Source: Eledone cirrhosa (Eukaryota). Taken from it: a DNA stretch of 64,000 nt. The position numbers and the translations under genes are program-made. The notes under the pieces were generated by a model. It had not been told where the DNA came from. It did not search any database and saw only the letters and a list, made by a program, of their open reading frames with translations. The stretch covers positions 9,114,001 through 9,178,000 of the forward strand of contig OZ024749.1 of NCBI GenBank assembly GCA_964016885.1, read 5' to 3'. Shown here piece by piece: positions 58,309 to 64,000 of this stretch; the first letter of the stretch is position 1, and each line of letters starts with the position of its first letter.

Positions 58309-59680
58309 TATACATACACATATATAGACATACATACATATATATAGACATACATACATATATATAGACATACATACACATATATAGGCATACATATATA
58401 TATAGAGACATACACATACATATATATAGACATACATACATATATATATAGACGTGCATATATATATATAGACATATATATATATATATAGACATACATA
58501 CACATATATAGACATACATACATATATATAGACATACTTACATATATATAGACATACATACACATATATAGACATACATACATATATATAGACATACATA
58601 TAAATATATAGACATACATACATATATATAGGCATACATACACATATATAGACATACATACATATATATAGACATACATATAAATATATAGACACACATA
58701 CATATATATAGACATACATATATATATATATATATAGACATACATACATATATATAGACATACACACACATATATATATAGACATACATATATATATAGA
58801 CATACATGCATATATATACACACATATATAGACATAATACATATATATAGACATACATACATATATATACACACATATATACAGACATACACACATAGAT
58901 AGATACATACACACACACATACAGACACATATAAACACATACACACTCATACAGACACATACAGACATATAGACACACACACATATATACACATACATAC
59001 ACAAACATATGCACATATACACACATACATATAAACCCATCCACACATACACATGGTCACATACACAGACACATACATGTAGACATACACGTACGTATAT
59101 ATACACATACACGCACACACAGACACATGCTCACATACGCACATACATACATACATGTACACATACACGTACGTATATATATATACATACACACATAGAC
59201 ACATGCCCACATACACACATACATACATGTACACATACACGCACGTATATATACACATACACACACACAGACACATGCTCACATACGCACATACATACAT
59301 ACATGTACACATACACGTACGTATATATACACATACACACACACATAGACACATGCTCACAAACACACACCCATACATACATGTACACATACGCGTACGT
59401 ATATATACACATACACACACACATAGACACATGCTCACAAACACACACACATACATACATGTACACATACACGTACGTATATATACACATACACACACAC
59501 ATAGACACATGCTCACAAACACACACACATACACGTACGTATATATACACATACACACACACATAGACACATGTTCACAAACACACACACATACATACAT
59601 GTACACATACGTACCGACGCATACATGCATACACACTGTCGTTGACACAGATATACACATACATATAAATAACACATATA
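58053..59680. repeat. AC/AT-rich minisatellites (GACATACATACATATATATA ~20-bp units, then ~70-bp units)
   Basis: Direct reading. gacacatgctcaca recurs in 59120-59580. Confidence 0.93.
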
Positions 59681-60832
59681 TACTACTGCTGCTGCTACTA
59701 CTACTGCTACTACTACTACTATTGCTGCTACTACTACTGCTACTACTACTACTATTACTGCTGCTGCTACTACTACTGCTACTACTACTATTGCTGCTAC
59801 TACTACTACTGCTACTACTACTACTACTATTGCTGCTACTACTACTGCTACTACTACTACTATTACTGCTGCTGCTACTACTACTGCTACTACTACTACT
59901 ATTGCTGCTACTACTACTACTGCTACTACTACTACTACTATTTCTGCTGCTACTACTACTAATACTAGTACTACTGCTTCTACTACTACTACTACTACTA
60001 CTACCACTACTACTACTACTACTACTGCTACTACTGCTACTACTACTAATACTAGTACTACTGCTTCTACTACTACTACTACTACTACTACCACTACTAC
60101 TACTAATACTACTACTACTGCTGTTGCTACTACTACTGCTGCTCCTACTGCTGGTACTACTGCTACTACTGCCACTATTACTGCTACTACTACTACTGCT
60201 GCTGCTACTGCTTCTACTCCTACTGCTGCTACTACTACTACTGCTGCTGCTACTGCTTCTACTACTACTGCTGCTACTACTACTACTGCTGCTACTGCTT
60301 CTACTACTACTGCTGCTACTGCTTCTACTACTACTGCTGCTACTGTCACTATTACTGCTACTACTACTACTACTGCTGCTACTGCTTCTACTACTACTGC
60401 TGCTACTGTCACTATTACTGCTACTACTACTACTACTGCTGCTACTGCTTCTACTACTACTGCTGCTACTGTCACTATTACTGCTACTACTACTACTACT
60501 GCTGCTACTGTCACTATTACTGCTACTACTACTACTACTGCTGCTACTGCTTCTACTACTACTGCTGCTACTGTCACTATTACTGCTACTACTATTACTG
60601 CTGCTGCTACTACTACTGCTACTACTGCCACTACTACTACTGCTCCTGCTACTGCTTCTACTACTACTGCTGCTATTGTCACTATTACTGCTACTACTAC
60701 TACTGCTGCTGCTACTGCTTCTACTACTACTGCTGCTACTACTACTACTGCTGCTGCTACTGCTTCTACTACTATTGCTGCTACTACTACTACTACTGCT
60801 ACTACTACTGCTGGTGTTACTACTACTACTAC
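59681..60832. repeat. Compound (CTA)n/(CTG)n trinucleotide tract
   Basis: Direct reading. Confidence 0.97.
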
Positions 60833-60841
60833 AATCATCCT

Positions 60842-61063
60842 GGTGGTGGTTGGACAGTATCTGTAGAGCGTCGGACAACATGCTTTGGGGCATATAGTTA
60901 CGTCCCTTTACGTTCTGAGTACAAATCCCGTCGATTGTTATCTTTGCCTTTCATCCTTACGGAGTCGATAAAATAAAGTACCAGTAATGCACTGGGGTCG
61001 ATTTAATTGACTTTCCCCTTCCGTAAAATTGTTGGCCTTGTGCCTAAATCAGAAACCTTTATT
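60842..61063 (+). mobile_element. tRNA-derived SINE, family A
   Basis: The tRNA-like head is followed by ttctgagtacaaatcc, then tttgcctttcatcctt..gtcgataaaataaagtaccagt..ctggggtcgat, and the tail ggccttgtgcctaa..agaaac. It aligns with the adjacent copy. Confidence 0.87.
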
Positions 61064-61069
61064 TCTATA

Positions 61070-61101
61070 AGGCAAAGTTGACCTGGGATTTGAACTCAGA
61101 G
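61070..61101 (-). mobile_element. Short internal fragment of SINE family A in inverted orientation
   Basis: aggcaaagttgacctgggatttgaactcagag matches 49604-49639 with a small internal deletion. Confidence 0.75.
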
Positions 61102-61141
61102 ATCAGAGAACCGTAAAATTACGATCATTAATGTATCTACA

Positions 61142-61334
61142 AGGGCGGTGGATTGGCAGTATCGGTAGAGGGTCGGACGCCATGCTTTGACGCATAGAGT
61201 AACGGCCCTTTATGGCCCTTCTGAGTCCAAATCCCGCCGAGGTTAACTTTGCCTTTCATCCTTTCGGGGGTCGATAAAATAAAGTACCAGTAATACACTG
61301 GTGAATTGCTGGCCTTGTGCCTAACGTAGAAACA
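61142..61334 (+). mobile_element. tRNA-derived SINE, family A, with a 15-bp target-site duplication
   Basis: Same body as 60842-61063. It is flanked by attaatgtatctaca (61127-41) and attattgtatctaca (61335-49), which match at 14/15 positions. Confidence 0.88.
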
Positions 61335-61347
61335 ATTATTGTATCTA

Positions 61348-61618
61348 CATGGGTCCAGTGGAAGACACCCAACCGCCTGAGAACAGGAATGAGGCGATCA
61401 AAAGCTGCTATGGCCAGAGGGGGCTACAAGACCGACCCAACCATCTGCGAATGCGGGGAGGAGGACCATACGATGCAGCACTGCCTTGTTTGCCCTCTAC
61501 TACCCAACCAGTGCAGCTTAAAAGATCTCACAGAATTTAATAATAATGTAAAGGACTGTATAAAGAAATGAGAAACTGTCATATAACCACTTGCATCGAA
61601 GATACGAAAAGAAGAAGA
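61348..61618 (+). mobile_element. 5'-truncated non-LTR retrotransposon 3' end (Ingi/Vingi- or RTEX-like) with CCHC knuckle and (GAA)n tail
   Basis: ORF 61317-61571 reads W..W...NRLRTG...CECGEEDHTMQHCLVCP, followed by a short 3' UTR ending gatacgaaaagaagaaga. The clade assignment is from recalled motifs. Confidence 0.8.
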
Positions 61619-62249
61619 TTAAAGGGGGTTATGTTTTGTTCAACATTTGGTGTGTTAGAATAAGCAGTGTTTCTATTATCTTGTAATACGTGTGTAATGT
61701 GTCTCTTCTAAAGCGAAATGCGAAGAGGATTCTCGCTGAAGGTGGAACAACTTCCATATTAAACGGTGGATTATACCAGTTAATGAGACGTGATCAATTG
61801 TTCCCATTAATATAATACACCTTATCCCTACGTCCACTACCAGCTAATGCCTCGTTATAATAAATAGAATTATCATTTCAATACTGCACATTGGTAAACA
61901 TAGGAGATAATATCAATGAGATATTTCTAACGAAACATCTTGTGGTATTGGTGGTGGGATGTATTGATATAGTTAAGGATTTACTGGGTTTACTGTAAGC
62001 CTAAAGTAAGCCAGTGAATAAATTAAAGGTCACATCGAAGAAATTTCCTAGCGATAGTCTTCTAGTTACTGTTATCGAGAGACTAAGGCAAGGAGATAAG
62101 CAGATCTTACGCAACCCATTCTAAAGTTGTATGAGGTATCTTGGATTACATTATCTAATGTGTCCCTTCATCTCCCACCATGGCATTATGGGATTTTGAG
62201 GGGAAATTAGTTGTAATTTTTAGCTGTTCAAATGACAACGTAGTCTTGT

Positions 62250-62344
62250 TGGCAGTTGCTGTTGCTGTAGTAGTAGTAATAGTAGTAGTAGTAGTAGTAG
62301 TTGCAGTAGTAGTGGTGGTGGTGGTGGTGGTGGTGCTAGCTGAT

Positions 62345-62379
<35 letters not shown>

Positions 62380-62428
62380 GGTGGTTGTGATGGCAGTGGT
62401 GGTAGAAGTAGTGGTGGTGGTATCTGAT

Positions 62429-62499
<71 letters not shown>

Positions 62500-62502
62500 T
62501 GC

Positions 62503-62556
<54 letters not shown>

Positions 62557-62711
62557 TGCAGTAGTAGTAGTAGTAATGGTGGTGGTGGTGGTGGTGGTCG
62601 TCGTCGTGGTGGTAGAAGTAGTGGTGGTGGTAGCTGTTGTTGTTGTAGTAGTAGTAGTAGTAGTAGTGGTAGTGGTGGTGGTGGTGGTGGTGGTGGTGGT
62701 GGTGGTGGTGC

Positions 62712-62742
<31 letters not shown>

Positions 62743-62941
62743 GGTGATGGTGGTGGTGGTGGTGGTGGTGGTGATGGTGGTGGTGGTCGTGGTGGTGGTG
62801 ATGGTGGTGGTGGTCGTGGTGGTGGTGGTAGTAGTAGTAGCAGTAGTAGTAGTAATGGTGTTGGTGATGGTGGTGGTGGCGGTAGTAGTAGTAGTGGTGG
62901 TGGTGGTGGTGGTGGTGGTGGTGGTGGTAGTAGTAGTAGTT
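62250..62941. repeat. Compound (GTA)n/(GTG)n trinucleotide tract
   Basis: Direct reading. Confidence 0.97.
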
Positions 62942-63008
62942 CTTGTTACTAATGAGAATTTTTGCCAGGCTTTTAAAAGTCTATTATCTGTGCACTTCAA
63001 TGTCAACA

Positions 63009-63710
63009 TGTGTGTGTGTGTGTGTATGTGTGTGTGTGTGTGTGTGTGGGTGTGTGTGTATGTGTATGTATGTGCATGTGTGTGTATGTGTGTCTATGTA
63101 TGTGTATGTGTGTGTATGTGTGTCTATGTATGTATGTGTATGTATGTGTATGTATGTGTATGTGTGTGTATGTGTGTGTATGTGTGTCTATGTATGTGTA
63201 TGTATGTGTATGTATGTGTATGTGTGTATGTATGTATATGTGTATATGTATGTGCATGTATGTGTATGCGTGTGTATGTGCAATTTGAGTGTGTATATAT
63301 ATGTATGTGTATGTATATGTGTTTGTGTATGTGTGTGTGTGTGTGTGTGTATGGGAAAGAGAGATAAAGTGTTTATATTTGTGAGAGGGGGGGTATATGA
63401 GAGAGAAAGAGGGGGAAAGAGTGGGAGAAAGGGTTTTGTCTTTACATGAGAGAAAGGGAGAGGGAGAGATAGAGAGGGAGAGAGGGGGTGAAGGAGATGG
63501 GGGGGAGAAATAGAGAGGGAGAGAGAGGGGGATAGGGGAGAGAGATGGAGAGAGAGGGTGAGAGAGATGAAGAGGGAGAGGGGGGGGTGTTTATGTGTGT
63601 GAAACAGAGAAAGAGAAGCTAAGTGAGAGAGAGAAGTTGTGTATGTGTATATATATGTGTGTGTGTGTGTGTGTAGTTATATGCTTTTGGTAGGTAAAGA
63701 GAAGCTAGTC

Positions 63711-63777
<67 letters not shown>
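63009..63777. repeat. (TG)n/(TGTA)n, GA-rich and (TA)n tracts
   Basis: Direct reading. Confidence 0.94.
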
Positions 63778-63779
<2 letters not shown>

Positions 63780-64000
63780 GGACGTGGCCTAGCGGTAAGG
63801 GTGTTGGACTTGCGATCATAATGTTGTGTTATTGGGCAAAATACTTCATTTCACGTTGCTCCAGTATACTCAGCTGAAAATGAGTACTAGCAATAGCTGG
63901 AGGTTTAACCCTGCGATGGACTGGCGTCCTGTCCAGGGGGGAGTCTTTTACTCTCAGTCGCTTCACGCCATGAAACCGGGATAAGCACCGGCCAAATGAG
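63778..64000 (+). mobile_element. CORE-like SINE, family B, lacking its B-box; runs off the window
   Basis: A-box-like tggcctagcgg at 63785-95. It shares atttcacgttgct with 55911-23. The 3' part cctgcgatggactggcgtcctgtccagggg...gaaaccgggataagc is a typical SINE tail. Confidence 0.82.

Noticed and set aside
61620-62250. Unique sequence as a possible host exon
   Set aside because: No ORF or motif that I can support from the sequence alone.
58001-63821. Long poly-S/L/V/T ORFs (up to 648 aa)
   Set aside because: They are simple-repeat frames without splice or domain support. Only 61317-61571 has real (LINE) homology.

Overview
Eukaryotic, gene-free, repeat-dominated window. The SINE families and extreme microsatellite density suggest an octopus-like cephalopod; this is an inference. 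Bases 1-~49392 are one uninterrupted head-to-tail satellite of about 1200 copies of a 41-bp monomer (CTAGTTCACCAGGTCAACTGTGTTACAAGATATAGTACACA). The monomer is near-palindromic and contains an exact nuclear-receptor DR2 motif (AGTTCA-cc-AGGTCA). Diagnostic variant monomers show nested tandem duplications with periods of 1368, ~2097, 2143, 2276, 4818 and 10965/13241 bp. The flank (49.4-64 kb) holds a decayed Penelope-like retroelement (RT-linker plus GIY-YIG endonuclease, minus strand), a minimal type I hammerhead ribozyme motif, a 66-bp-arm near-perfect palindrome, two tRNA-derived SINE families, a 3' LINE fragment with a CCHC knuckle, and many micro- and minisatellites. Almost all ORFs in the supplied track are simple-repeat artefacts, and no intact host gene is supported.
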